Positions 18,607-29,026 of a stretch of DNA of 64,000 nucleotides are shown in pieces. Under the pieces are notes generated by a model. The model searched no databases and was not told the origin of the DNA. It worked only from the letters and a program-made list of their open reading frames with translations. Made by a program: the position numbers and the translations under genes. This DNA is from Candidatus Delongbacteria bacterium (lineage in GTDB: Bacteria; UBA4055), in NCBI GenBank assembly GCA_003252515.1, contig QKDR01000159.1:4811-68810 (forward strand). Direction: 5' to 3'. Numbering within the stretch: position 1 is the stretch's first letter; every line of letters begins with the position of its first letter.

Positions 18607-19107
18607 ATGGCGCAGATCATGCTTAAAGGCAACCCGGTGAACACGGTCGGGGAACTGCCTAAGATAGGAGACGAATTAAAGGACTTCACGCTCGTAACAA
18701 ATAAACTGATCAGAACTCATCTTGCCGACTATAAGGGTACAAAACTGGTACTCAATATTTTCCCGAGTCTTGACACACCGACCTGCGCTGCTTCGGTCAG
18801 GCAGTTCAACAAGCTGGCATCCGAAATGGTGAACACGAAAGTTCTCTGCATTTCCAGAGACCTGCCGTTCGCACAGGCAAGATTCTGCGGTGCCGAAGGC
18901 CTTGAGAATGTCATTACGCTTTCAGATTATGAGACAGGCGAGTTCGGATACGATTACGGCCTTGAGATAATTGACGGCCCTCTGAAAGGACTTCACTCAA
19001 GAGTAGTCATTATAGCTGACGAGAATAGAAAAATCATTTATACCGAGCAGGTCGCCGACATTGTCAATGAGCCAAATTATGAAGCGGCGCTTAACGCACT
19101 GAAGTAA
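18607..19107 (+). CDS. tpx: Thiol peroxidase (atypical 2-Cys peroxiredoxin) Tpx
   Basis: FPSLDTPTCAASVRQFN peroxidatic Cys motif and resolving Cys in RFCGAEG. 166 aa. RBS AGGAG. Confidence 0.85.
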   Translation: MAQIMLKGNPVNTVGELPKIGDELKDFTLVTNKLIRTHLADYKGTKLVLNIFPSLDTPTCAASVRQFNKLASEMVNTKVLCISRDLPFAQARFCGAEGLENVITLSDYETGEFGYDYGLEIIDGPLKGLHSRVVIIADENRKIIYTEQVADIVNEPNYEAALNALK

Positions 19108-19547
19108 TGAAAGATATTATAATAATACGCGTCTATGATGACCATACAGACAGAGATCATGTCAGGAATATCTGGAGCAAAGTCTTCAGGTACGTTGATC
19201 CTCATAACGATCCAGATATCTCGATCGACAGAAAGCTGAAATTCGGTGATGATCTTTTCTTCGTAGCGGTTTTGAACGATAAGGCCGTCGGAACCGTAAT
19301 GGCGGGTTATGACGGTCACAGAGGCTGGATTTACTCTATGGCCGTTGATCCTGAACATGCAGGAAAGAGGATAGGTTCAATGCTGCTTAAACATGCTGAG
19401 GATGTTCTTACCGGGATGGACTGTCCGAAAGTAAATCTGCAGGTAATGTTGAATAACAGCGAAGTAGTTGAATTCTACGAAAAGAACGGCTATAAAGTCG
19501 AAGAGCGGATCAGTATGGGTAAAAAATTATACAGTCAGGAAAAATAA
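19107..19547 (+). CDS. GNAT family N-acetyltransferase
   Basis: GNAT motif A: HRGWIYSMAVDPEHAGKRIGSMLLKHAE. Start overlaps the tpx stop (TAATG). Confidence 0.75.
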   Translation: MKDIIIIRVYDDHTDRDHVRNIWSKVFRYVDPHNDPDISIDRKLKFGDDLFFVAVLNDKAVGTVMAGYDGHRGWIYSMAVDPEHAGKRIGSMLLKHAEDVLTGMDCPKVNLQVMLNNSEVVEFYEKNGYKVEERISMGKKLYSQEK

Positions 19548-19559
19548 CAGAGTGATATA

Positions 19560-20192
19560 ATGGCTGAGAACATCTACATATTCTGGTTCGGCGTGATCGG
19601 TACTGCAGCGTTCGCGATCTCAGGCGCTATGACGGCGATGCGGAAAAAATTCGACCCGTTCGGTGTCTTCATTATAGGTTTCGTGACCGCTGTAGGCGGA
19701 GGTACGATCAGGGACGTTCTCCTTAAGGATGTCTCCGTCTTCTGGCTGGAGGAACCGCATTTCGTTTACTCTATTATAGCCGGGACCGTGTTCGCGATGT
19801 TGTTCCGCAGGAACCTCGATATGCTGTCAAAATCTCTCCTTTTGTTCGATACGATCGGACTGGGACTTTATACTGTCATCGGTCTGGAGATAGGTCTGAA
19901 CAACGGACTCAGCGGGATGAGCTGCATAATCCTTGGAACGATAACGGGATCTTTCGGCGGTGTTCTTAGGGATATTCTTGTCAACGAGATACCGGTCATA
20001 TTCAGAAAGGAAATATACGCCACGGTCTCCATAATCGGAGGTCTGATCTATTTTATTTTAAAGTCGTCCGGAGTTACAGATCCGCTCCTTCAGATCGTCC
20101 CGATAGTGCTGATCATAGTCTTTAGGATCCTTGTAATTAAGTTCCGAATTTCCTATCCTTCAATTTACAATTCAAAAAAGGCGAAAAAATGA
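19560..20192 (+). CDS. Trimeric intracellular cation channel (TRIC)/UPF0126 family membrane protein (YadS/YicG-like)
   Basis: Two internal repeats, each ending in G(G)xxRD (TAVGGGTIRDVLL and TGSFGGVLRDILV). Seven TM helices. Confidence 0.75.
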   Translation: MAENIYIFWFGVIGTAAFAISGAMTAMRKKFDPFGVFIIGFVTAVGGGTIRDVLLKDVSVFWLEEPHFVYSIIAGTVFAMLFRRNLDMLSKSLLLFDTIGLGLYTVIGLEIGLNNGLSGMSCIILGTITGSFGGVLRDILVNEIPVIFRKEIYATVSIIGGLIYFILKSSGVTDPLLQIVPIVLIIVFRILVIKFRISYPSIYNSKKAKK

Positions 20193-21181
20193 ACAATATT
20201 CCGATAATATTACCCCAAGCTCTTCAGAACAGATCGGACGAATTCTGCGGCTATCTTGAGAAAGCTCTCGAAAGAGTACATAAGTTCGCTTCGGAACACG
20301 GCTGGGAAAAGCATACCGTAAAGAGCTTCATGGATAAAGTGATGATCTTCGACTCGAAGCCCGAATTCGATAAAATGCTCCTCAAACTGACAGATTCAGA
20401 CCCGACGCTCCAGCTGCCTGAGACTTATTGCGGAGCGCTTGAGGAGAGAGTTCTTGCCGTGGTCACACCCGAGATATACAGTACCGTCTATCCCCAGGGT
20501 ATTGAGGAGGATTTCTATACTAAGATACTTGCTCACGAGATCGCACACAGACTGCATATACGAATACTTGAAGGAGACGAAGATGCCATGGGACCTGTCT
20601 GGTTTTTCGAAGGCTTAGCTCTCTACGCAGCCGATCAGTTTTGTCATTCAAATATTTCGCTCGGTAAGGAAGAGATCATCGACATCCTGAATACCGAAGA
20701 ACGCGGCAGTTACGAGAAATACGCTTACATTTTCAGATATCTTGTTAAACTATTACCTCTAAAGGAACTTGTATCTAAAGCTGGATCATCTGATTTCACT
20801 GAATTTATAATAAATACTGTCAAGAACGGAGGAATTATGGCTGAATTCTATTTTCCCGCGCTTATAAAAGGGCTTCCCGAAGCGGATATCACTTTTAAAG
20901 GAATTACAGGGTGGCTTTCGCAGGGACCGGACCATCAGATAGTTTTCATGGACATCGCGCCGATCGGTGAAGTTCCCGACCACTCTCACGGCGAACAGTG
21001 GGGCGTCGTTCTGGAGGGAGAAATGGACCTTAAGATAGGCGGAGTGACAAAAACCTACAGGAAAGGCGATTCTTATTATATCGGTGACGGAGTGGTTCAT
21101 GGAGCTGCTTTTAAAAAACGTACTTTCGTAATGGATATGTTCAGGCAAAAGGACCGTTATAAGGTCAGATCAGAAAAATGA
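20189..21181 (+). CDS. Hypothetical protein with an N-terminal HExxH...E (gluzincin-like) domain and a C-terminal cupin domain
   Basis: LAHEIAHRLH followed about 24 aa later by FFEGLALY. C-terminal cupin beta-barrel motifs (PDHSHGEQWGVVLEGEM...HGAAF). ATGA overlap with the upstream gene. Confidence 0.5.
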   Translation: MNNIPIILPQALQNRSDEFCGYLEKALERVHKFASEHGWEKHTVKSFMDKVMIFDSKPEFDKMLLKLTDSDPTLQLPETYCGALEERVLAVVTPEIYSTVYPQGIEEDFYTKILAHEIAHRLHIRILEGDEDAMGPVWFFEGLALYAADQFCHSNISLGKEEIIDILNTEERGSYEKYAYIFRYLVKLLPLKELVSKAGSSDFTEFIINTVKNGGIMAEFYFPALIKGLPEADITFKGITGWLSQGPDHQIVFMDIAPIGEVPDHSHGEQWGVVLEGEMDLKIGGVTKTYRKGDSYYIGDGVVHGAAFKKRTFVMDMFRQKDRYKVRSEK

Positions 21182-21498
21182 CCGAAGCTGCGATCGGATG
21201 CAGGGGATGTACTTTATGCTGCAGACTGTTTTTAATAAATCTTAACGAAGAAGAATACAGATCCGGAAAGTATTTCACTGAGCTTCTTACGGATGGTGGT
21301 ATACCGGATGATTTTGTTTTTGCTGAAGAGAACGGCCTTAACATCGTTAAAAAGAAAAAGAACGGCTCTTGCGTTTATCTCAGGAATAACCGTTGTTCCA
21401 TATACGACTCGCGGCCTGAAGTATGCAGAGATTTTCTTTGCTCTTCGCCCGACATCAGATTTATTGAAATGATCGAAGAGCTCAACGAAAAAAGATAG
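21178..21498 (+). CDS. YkgJ-family Cys-cluster (putative Fe-S/zinc) protein
   Basis: CRGCTLCC at the N-terminus and C..YLRNNRCSIY...CRDFLC at the C-terminus, which is the YkgJ/UPF0153 pattern. ATGA overlap with the upstream gene. Confidence 0.55.
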   Translation: MTEAAIGCRGCTLCCRLFLINLNEEEYRSGKYFTELLTDGGIPDDFVFAEENGLNIVKKKKNGSCVYLRNNRCSIYDSRPEVCRDFLCSSPDIRFIEMIEELNEKR

Positions 21499-21502
21499 TG
21501 CT

Positions 21503-22690
21503 TTACATTCTGAACGCATCGTCTAATCCGACACATTTCAGCGATATCTCCGGATATGTTTCTGTAAAGGATCTGTACTTGGATATTGAAAAAGCAGCCG
21601 GATCGAATTTGGCTTCATAGGCATAGCTATTCCCGTTATCGTCTTTCGCAATAAAATCAACTTCCTTTCCATCACGGGTCCGCCAGAATCTGAGATTATC
21701 AGAGCCGTATCTTTCTTTTAATAGAAGATAAATATAATTTTCGAATAATTCGCCTTTATCCGGACGGTTTCCGATCGGACTGAAATCATTGGTCAGAGCA
21801 TTCCTGAGGCCAAGATCGGCGAAATATAATTTGGACATTTTCCTCAATTCCGAGATCAGATTGTTATGAAACGGAGGAAGAAGATGTATGTGAAAAGATT
21901 TACGCATGACCCAGATATACTGGGCAACAGTTTTATTGTCTAGACCTGCATCAGGAGCAAGACTGTTCGTGTTGAGAAGCCCGCCCGTTCCAAACGCAAG
22001 CATTTTTAACAGATTCAAATATTTATCGTGATAGGACAAGTTACTTTCAACGGCATCTTTTTTCGCATATGAATCTGCAATTTCCTTAAGAACGCGTTTT
22101 TTCTCTTTATCCGTACCACTCAGCACGACTTCGGGATAACCTCCGTATATAAGGTATTCGTAAAAATGTTCTTTGATTCTGTCCATATAAAGAAGCGGTA
22201 TATTTCCATTGTTTAGATGTGGGGCCAGATCATCTTCTCCTTTGAATATCAGTACTTCCTTTAAAGACATAGCAGGAAGTTCATAAATCCGTTTTCTCCC
22301 TGCAAGAGAATCTCTAAATTTGCGGTCGATGTAGAAACTTGATGAGCCTGTTACTATGAACTTGATTTTATCCAGATATGTATCGTAATGATATTTAAGG
22401 AAATTCGACGGATCATTTAGATACTGAACCTCGTCAATAAGAACATATCTTCTTTCCGTATCCGCAGGTTTCGCTATAAGCTGAAGAAGGTTTTTCGGAT
22501 TATCGTCGAGCATACGGAGGATTTCTTTATCTTCCAGCGTCAGATAAAAAACTGATATATTTTTGTTCTTCAGACCGGAAAATATCTGCTTCAGGATTGT
22601 AGTCTTCCCCGTTTGTCTTGCTCCGATGATCAGAGAAATGTATTTCGTTTCCAAATCTTTTTCTATTTCATTTTTAAGCTGTCGTTCCAA
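21503..22690 (-). CDS. AAA_14/DUF4143 family ATP-binding protein
   Basis: Walker A GARQTGKTT and Walker B VLIDEVQ. The C-terminal half matches DUF4143-type proteins. Confidence 0.7.
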   Translation of the reverse strand: MERQLKNEIEKDLETKYISLIIGARQTGKTTILKQIFSGLKNKNISVFYLTLEDKEILRMLDDNPKNLLQLIAKPADTERRYVLIDEVQYLNDPSNFLKYHYDTYLDKIKFIVTGSSSFYIDRKFRDSLAGRKRIYELPAMSLKEVLIFKGEDDLAPHLNNGNIPLLYMDRIKEHFYEYLIYGGYPEVVLSGTDKEKKRVLKEIADSYAKKDAVESNLSYHDKYLNLLKMLAFGTGGLLNTNSLAPDAGLDNKTVAQYIWVMRKSFHIHLLPPFHNNLISELRKMSKLYFADLGLRNALTNDFSPIGNRPDKGELFENYIYLLLKERYGSDNLRFWRTRDGKEVDFIAKDDNGNSYAYEAKFDPAAFSISKYRSFTETYPEISLKCVGLDDAFRM

Positions 22691-22777
22691 TATAATTACC
22701 TTTATGAGTAGTTATAATTCCTAAATTATTGATAAATATAAGCAATAAAATCCTAAATTGCAAGAATAATAATTAAA

Positions 22778-25309
22778 TCAGAAAGTATAACCTATAGAGA
22801 AGTGGAATACTCCGTCCTTCCATCCGTCTTTTACATCCAGAGGGAATCCCCAGAGTATACCCATAGCACCGATCGGTGTAATGTAGCGGAGCCCGGTACC
22901 GGCTGTCGATCTTAAGGTCTCCCCGCTTACCGCTTCGGTCTCTGAAAGTAATCCTGTATCGAGGAACAGCGGAAGCTCCCAGTTCTTTCTGAACTCTAAG
23001 CGCGGCTCGAACGTGAACATCGCGGTCAGCTTCCCTCCCGCAGGATCGCCTGCCGCATCCTCAAGAAAATAATTCTCATTCATCCCTCTGACCGAAGACG
23101 TTCCGCCAAGAAAGAACAGCTGATCTACGGCAGGCTCTGCGCCCGGGTTCGTCATCTGAAGGTAGTTCAGCTTACCCGCGAACGCGAATGTGACCGGCCC
23201 GAAAGGCGTGAAAAAATATTTGAGATCGAGTTTATATTTAATAAAGTCATCTTCGTTATTGTCAATGCCTGTAGAAAACTCCGTTTCCAGATTAACATAC
23301 ACGCCTTTGCGGGGCACCATGAACGAATCACGCCCGTCCCAGAGCTGAATGAACTTCAGGCTGCCCGAATTCCTGACCGTATTCGAATCCGCTCCTGAAA
23401 CGCTTTTCTCGTAAAGTGTCTTATGTTCGATCTGCGCCTGTACGATCGACTGCAGACTGCTTTTCCATCTGTAATTCGCGCCGGCTCCGAATCCTGTCGT
23501 TTCAGTCTGATATTCAGGATCGGAAATATCCTCTCTTTCCCAGAAAGCGGAAAGCGTTCCTGAAAGCTCCGTTATGAACAGTACCGGCTCGGTGAAAGCC
23601 GCAGTAACCGACTGTTTCACGAAAGACATATCGGTCTTCAGACTGAGTTCCTTGTTCCTGCCGAAAAGGTTCTTATTCCCTGCAAGCAGGCTTATATATG
23701 GCCCTACAAAACTCTCATAACCTCCCGACACCTGAAAATAATAAGGCGGATATTCTTCGACGCTGACGAGAACATCCAGCGTGTCGGTGTCAAGTCCCGT
23801 ATCTGAAGTGTAGGATGAAACGGATCTGAATATTTTCTGGTTCCTCAGATTACGCAGTCCGTCAGACAGTTCGAGTACAGAAAAGGGTTCGCCTTCCCGC
23901 AGTTTCAGAAGTTTTTTTACTGTCCGGTCTTTTGTCTTAAGATTTCCCGCGACGTAGATACTTCCGGTCTCCGTCATGTTCTTTGCGTCAGCCGTAAATA
24001 CGATATCAGCCTTTGAACTGTCCGGAGTGAATACGGTCTTTTCTTTTACTTCCGCATAAATGTATCCTCCGGCGGCGAAAATACCTTTTAATCTGGGTAC
24101 GACGTCCTTCACTATCGCTGTATTGTAAGGTTTTCCCTCCAGTTCTTCCGATATTTTCTTCACATCCGGTCCGAAGCGTTCAGATATACCTTCAAAACTT
24201 ACGCTTCCAATAACGGTTCTTACACCTTCGGATATTTCCGCTTCGATCCTGACACTGTCCCTGTTCCTGCTGAATTTAAGTCCGGTCTTCACTTTTGCCG
24301 ACAAAAATCCGTTCTGTATATAGAAAGCAGTCAGATTCCTTTCGTCGTCCTCCCAGATATCTTTCCTGAAATATTCTTTGGTTCTCCACCATCTCCTGAC
24401 CACGCTGTTGAGATAATTTCCGAGTTCATCTCCTTCAAAAAAATCATTACCTTTGAATTCTATCTTCGAAACAAGCGGTCTTACTCCCTCCGAGACCGTG
24501 ATCAGCACTTTCTTAAGCTGCGTTCCGTTCTCGCTGACAAGAGTGTCCTTCATCACCGCTTTAGCGTCCCCGAATCCCTCTTCCCTATACATTTTCCTTA
24601 TGCCTCTCACGGCCTGTCTCAGCGCAACCGATCCTCTCCTGCCTTCTTTTATAAGGTCAGTCTGTTCTAAAAGAGCTCCGTCGGAAAAGAAACTGTTCCC
24701 TGTAATTTCTATCTCGTATTCCGGGCCTTCCGTTATGGTAAGTGATATATCAGCTGTTCCTTTCAGGCTGTCCTTTCTCACGTTACATTTTATTTCGAAG
24801 TCGGCGAAACCTTTACTTCTGTACAGTTCGTTTATCTTCGTTATGTCATTGTCAAGCTCATCAGGTATCAGCCTGCCGGATTCACCGTAGAGAAAACTTC
24901 TCCACCACGTTTTCATTTCCTTTTTCAGCCTCAGTCCTGAAATATTATCATTTCCTGAGATATTAATATCACCTATCGTGAAATAACCGCTTTTCATGAT
25001 ACTGATCTTAAGAAGCCTGAGTTTCTCCGACACATCCTCTATTTCCGACTTCACTCTGACCGAATCGTAACCTTTGGAATTAAGATAATCCGTAAGATAT
25101 ACTTTCTGCTCCGCGATCTTCACACTGTCGCAAACGGAACCCGGATAGACGGACATTCTGTCGAGAAGCTCAGTTGAAAAGAAGGGATAAATACCGTAGA
25201 ATTTTATATCAGAGATCCTCGGGGCGTCAACTAGAGCCTGCATGTCTGCCGAAGCGCGCAGGAATACCGTGAGAACGAGCAAAAATATGAACAGGACGTT
25301 CTTTATCAT
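22778..25309 (-). CDS. BamA/TamA family outer-membrane protein (POTRA repeats + Omp85 beta-barrel)
   Basis: Signal peptide, several POTRA-like repeats, a C-terminal barrel ending in an aromatic residue (GYTF), and RBS AAGGAG. Its start overlaps the TamB-like stop (ATGA). Confidence 0.7.
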   Translation of the reverse strand: MIKNVLFIFLLVLTVFLRASADMQALVDAPRISDIKFYGIYPFFSTELLDRMSVYPGSVCDSVKIAEQKVYLTDYLNSKGYDSVRVKSEIEDVSEKLRLLKISIMKSGYFTIGDINISGNDNISGLRLKKEMKTWWRSFLYGESGRLIPDELDNDITKINELYRSKGFADFEIKCNVRKDSLKGTADISLTITEGPEYEIEITGNSFFSDGALLEQTDLIKEGRRGSVALRQAVRGIRKMYREEGFGDAKAVMKDTLVSENGTQLKKVLITVSEGVRPLVSKIEFKGNDFFEGDELGNYLNSVVRRWWRTKEYFRKDIWEDDERNLTAFYIQNGFLSAKVKTGLKFSRNRDSVRIEAEISEGVRTVIGSVSFEGISERFGPDVKKISEELEGKPYNTAIVKDVVPRLKGIFAAGGYIYAEVKEKTVFTPDSSKADIVFTADAKNMTETGSIYVAGNLKTKDRTVKKLLKLREGEPFSVLELSDGLRNLRNQKIFRSVSSYTSDTGLDTDTLDVLVSVEEYPPYYFQVSGGYESFVGPYISLLAGNKNLFGRNKELSLKTDMSFVKQSVTAAFTEPVLFITELSGTLSAFWEREDISDPEYQTETTGFGAGANYRWKSSLQSIVQAQIEHKTLYEKSVSGADSNTVRNSGSLKFIQLWDGRDSFMVPRKGVYVNLETEFSTGIDNNEDDFIKYKLDLKYFFTPFGPVTFAFAGKLNYLQMTNPGAEPAVDQLFFLGGTSSVRGMNENYFLEDAAGDPAGGKLTAMFTFEPRLEFRKNWELPLFLDTGLLSETEAVSGETLRSTAGTGLRYITPIGAMGILWGFPLDVKDGWKDGVFHFSIGYTF

Positions 25310-28300
25310 CTGAACTCCTTCCTGAACTGTGTCTCGGCTCCGAAATTACCGTCCGTTGACCTGAAGCCTGAGAAGATGATGTTCTCGAACATCTGGTAGT
25401 CGGCTATACCTTTCTGTATCATATCGGAACCGTCGTTAACGAGCGAATATTTAAGTATGAGTCTGTCAGAGATCTTTTTTCCGACCGTAAGCCCGTAACC
25501 TGCCGGAGCGGACGCCGAGAAATCGTCAGGAACGTTCACCTCAATATAATCGAGCCCTGTTTTTGCCGCAACCTCACCCGAGTAAGCGCTTGAAAGCCAG
25601 TCGGCTATCAGTTTCTCCTTCGAGACAGGCTGACCGCCGCCGGACAGCTCGGAAGCTTTTCTTCCGAAAACGAGTATTGAAAGTATATCGGCATCGCTTT
25701 CCGCAGGAAGGGATGTCAGGGTGAATTTAGGGTTTGAAAGATTTCCGGTCACCGAAAGAAATATTTTATATTTCCCGACGGCGGTCTCTCCCTGAATGTC
25801 GGCTGTGGGAAGAGCGCCGTAGACAGGCTCGAAATCGAGAACTCCTTTAGTGATCGTGAACGTTCGTTTCTGGAACATCAGGAAACCGTCTTTACGTATT
25901 ACAGCTCTTCCTGTGATCACCGGAGCGGAAATATCACCTTTTATCTGAAGATCAGGCTTCAGTTCCAGAAACCCGAGATTGTTGTCCATAACCAGATCAC
26001 GTCTGCTTTTCAGCTTCAGATCAAGAGATATCTCAGGCTGTCCTTCGTCAGGTGAAGCGGTCTTGACGATTTTCGGACCGGAACCTTTGAACATTCCTCC
26101 GAAAAGGTCGATATTCTTATAATAAAGAGCTTCAACTACCTCAAGCTCTCCCGTCAGTTTTCCTTTTTCAGGAGTGCCTTCGAACCTTATTCTGGAATTA
26201 AGAAGTCCTTCAAGCTGGTCGGGATAGTTCAGAGGCAGCGCGACCGTCGAAACGTCAAGCGCGATCTTTTCCGGTCTGTTGTTCTGCACGGAAATGTCTC
26301 CTTTCAACTCGAATGTGCCTTTCTCCAGCATCCCCTTTATACCTTTCAATTTTATGTTATCCTTCGAAATACCTATTTCCCCGTTTATCCCGTGCAGCTT
26401 CTGGTCGGTCTGTTCGATATAAAGTCCGATATTTTCCGGAGCGACTGTACCTGAGATGACCGGTGATGCGGTATTCCCGTCAATATTTATTTCGCCTTTA
26501 AGGAATCCTTCTGAGTTCAGGAACATATCGTTCGCGAAAGCCAGTGATCTCACAGGCAGAAGTATTGATGTTTTTATCCCTATTCCGTTATTTTTATCAG
26601 CGAAACCGTTAACGTCTATGAAACCGCTGTCGAGAAAATTCAGTCTGAGATCTTCAAGAAGAAGTTTGTCTCCTCTTACCTTTGTAATGAGACCGTATCC
26701 CGAGACCATTCTTCTTCCGTCCATATCAAGCGTGAGAGAATCTATCGGTATATCGACTTCCGGATGCGCGGGATCGTCCAGGCTTCCTTTTCCGTTAATT
26801 TTGCCCGTCATTATACCTTTGAGATGACCGTCCGAATTTTCCGGCAGATACGACGAATAATCCCAGTGGTCAAAATTGATATTGAACCCGTACTCTTTCG
26901 TTCCGAGATCGGTATGAGCTCTGATGATAAATCCCGGGTCCGCGGTCAGATCGGCAAATTTATTTTTGTAACTGAAATCTATCTTCGTATCGGGTATGAC
27001 TGTTTCACCCGCTGATATTTTTTTAAGCATTAAACTGCCTTCCGCTGACGGATCATCGAACTTTCCTTCAGCTCTGATCTCGGCTTCTACGACTGCAGCG
27101 GCTGTTCCGGCTATTCCCGTATAGATAGAATCCGCTTTGATGTTACTGATATTTACTTGCGCGGTAAAAGTTTTAAAATCCTTCATACTGCCTGAGATGC
27201 CGACCTTACCCCCGCCGCCGTGAACCGACAGATCTTCAAGCGTCACTTCGTTCCTGTCTATTCCGGCTCTCATACCGATGCTGTCTATCTCAACTCCCTG
27301 ATAACTGACCGGTCCGGTATATACATGAAGTTCCCCGTTCGGAGATTCAGCGGATCCTTTCACATATCCTGAAAAATTAACTTCAGTAGCGATGTCGGAA
27401 TAGAACTTCTCAGATCTTATTCTGCTGCCTATGAACGTCAGATCGATCTGAGGGTTCTTCAGCGGTTTTAAGTCTTTGAATACTTTCGCTTTCCCGCTCA
27501 GACTTACCTTTGAGCTGTCCATCATCACGGTCAAATCTTTTATCTCGACCGAGCCTTTGTCGCTTGCGCCGCCCGAAAGAGAAAGCGATGATATTTCGTA
27601 AGTATCCCAGCTTAGTTTCCCGGTGTTTATATCGGTAACAGCAGTGAATTTTCCTCTGTTCCAGTTCACATCCGCGACAAGCGAAGCTTTCTCTTTCAGA
27701 AGAAATTTGTCGTAGTTGAAGGGGCTGATCTGCGTATTTATCAGCGCATCCGCCGTGATCTCTTCCGGTTTTACTCCTTTTCCCTTCAGCTTCAGACCGA
27801 AGTCGAAGACCGCGTCCGGCATTCCGGGAACATTGCTCAGACTGAAGTTTTCCGCATCCACCGCCAGATCGTAAGCGGTCTTCTTAAGATCGGGTTCGGA
27901 TGAGATCAGTCCGCCTGAGAACACCTGAGTAAGATCGACCGAACCGTCGATCGCAAAATTCTCCGTGGCGGATTTGTCTATCTTTGCGTCAAGAGTGAGC
28001 AGTTTTTTCTTATATACAGCCGTTATATCAAGTCTTTCTATCTTTTGAGCGTACAGAACTCCGGTACCGTGTTTAACCGTAAAATCCGCCACTGGATACT
28101 CCGCTTCGCCTGATACAGATCCCGCTATTTTGAGAATCCCGCTATCACCGGAAAAAACTTCCATCCTGTCCAGCAGTTTTTCCGTCTCGATCCCCGCCGA
28201 GAACTTCAGATCAAAGTACGGAACTTTGAACAAACTGATCACATTCCCGCCCAAAGTAAGATCCATTCCTTCCGTCTTCAGAACTGTCTCGTCAATGAAC

Positions 28301-28959
28301 ACGTTCTGTCCTTCGAGCTTTAAAGACAGTCTTTCATCCGTTACTCTCTTATTAAGTTCAGGAGTCCTGACCAGAGCCGTAAGTTCTTCAAGCAATAGCG
28401 AATATTCGGTCTTTCTCACATCCGCCCGGGCTTCGATCAGACTTAGGCTGCAGCCGTATTCCGAGCCTCCGTCCTTATATTTCGCCGAAAGATTTTTTAC
28501 GGCAACTCTGTTCACTACTATATCGGGCAGTTCCGATCTTACACTGTCAGGTTCAGCTTTTTCTTCTTCCGGTTTACCGCTCTTTAAAACCTCCAGCTGT
28601 TCTTTAAGTACATCAGCATCAATATCTGTAACTATCAGCGAATCAACAACGTACTTTCCTGAGAACATCGGTCTATATTGAACTCCAGTACCGAAATATC
28701 CTATCCTGACCATTCTCTCTTTATCCTGACCGAAAACTTCCAGCCCTTTCAGTTCTATCCTTCCTTTAAAAACATTCAGACTGATATCTTCAAGAACTAT
28801 CTCAACAGGAGAATTTTCGTTCGCAATACCGACGATCTTATCCTTTCCCCACTGCGTATTGATCAGAAAAATGGGCAGCGCTACTATTCCCGTTATCAGT
28901 ATCACCGCTCCCAACACAGAATAAGCAGAATATTTGAGGATCTTTTTTATAACCGACAT
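25306..28959 (-). CDS. TamB-like translocation and assembly module protein (AsmA-like/DUF490 C-terminus)
   Basis: More than 1200 aa with an N-terminal signal anchor (MSVIKKILKYSAYSVLGAVILITGIV), long beta-rich repeats and a DUF490-like C-terminus. I prefer the ATG at 28959 over the GTG at 28971. Confidence 0.6.
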   Translation of the reverse strand: MSVIKKILKYSAYSVLGAVILITGIVALPIFLINTQWGKDKIVGIANENSPVEIVLEDISLNVFKGRIELKGLEVFGQDKERMVRIGYFGTGVQYRPMFSGKYVVDSLIVTDIDADVLKEQLEVLKSGKPEEEKAEPDSVRSELPDIVVNRVAVKNLSAKYKDGGSEYGCSLSLIEARADVRKTEYSLLLEELTALVRTPELNKRVTDERLSLKLEGQNVFIDETVLKTEGMDLTLGGNVISLFKVPYFDLKFSAGIETEKLLDRMEVFSGDSGILKIAGSVSGEAEYPVADFTVKHGTGVLYAQKIERLDITAVYKKKLLTLDAKIDKSATENFAIDGSVDLTQVFSGGLISSEPDLKKTAYDLAVDAENFSLSNVPGMPDAVFDFGLKLKGKGVKPEEITADALINTQISPFNYDKFLLKEKASLVADVNWNRGKFTAVTDINTGKLSWDTYEISSLSLSGGASDKGSVEIKDLTVMMDSSKVSLSGKAKVFKDLKPLKNPQIDLTFIGSRIRSEKFYSDIATEVNFSGYVKGSAESPNGELHVYTGPVSYQGVEIDSIGMRAGIDRNEVTLEDLSVHGGGGKVGISGSMKDFKTFTAQVNISNIKADSIYTGIAGTAAAVVEAEIRAEGKFDDPSAEGSLMLKKISAGETVIPDTKIDFSYKNKFADLTADPGFIIRAHTDLGTKEYGFNINFDHWDYSSYLPENSDGHLKGIMTGKINGKGSLDDPAHPEVDIPIDSLTLDMDGRRMVSGYGLITKVRGDKLLLEDLRLNFLDSGFIDVNGFADKNNGIGIKTSILLPVRSLAFANDMFLNSEGFLKGEINIDGNTASPVISGTVAPENIGLYIEQTDQKLHGINGEIGISKDNIKLKGIKGMLEKGTFELKGDISVQNNRPEKIALDVSTVALPLNYPDQLEGLLNSRIRFEGTPEKGKLTGELEVVEALYYKNIDLFGGMFKGSGPKIVKTASPDEGQPEISLDLKLKSRRDLVMDNNLGFLELKPDLQIKGDISAPVITGRAVIRKDGFLMFQKRTFTITKGVLDFEPVYGALPTADIQGETAVGKYKIFLSVTGNLSNPKFTLTSLPAESDADILSILVFGRKASELSGGGQPVSKEKLIADWLSSAYSGEVAAKTGLDYIEVNVPDDFSASAPAGYGLTVGKKISDRLILKYSLVNDGSDMIQKGIADYQMFENIIFSGFRSTDGNFGAETQFRKEFR

Positions 28960-29026
28960 CCTTATCCACACTAGTAATAGCTTCTAAATATACTCTGAAA
29001 AATACAGTTTCTCAATTCAAAAGATT

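Noticed and set aside
21503-22690. AAA_14/DUF4143 ATPase as a marker of a mobile or defence element
   Set aside because: These ATPases are widespread stand-alone genes. The flanking genes are housekeeping (YkgJ operon, BamA-like), and there is no compositional anomaly.
28971-28971. GTG at 28971 as the TamB-like start
   Set aside because: There is no SD. An ATG 12 nt downstream gives a typical signal-anchor N-terminus (MSVIKKILKYS...). The choice remains uncertain.
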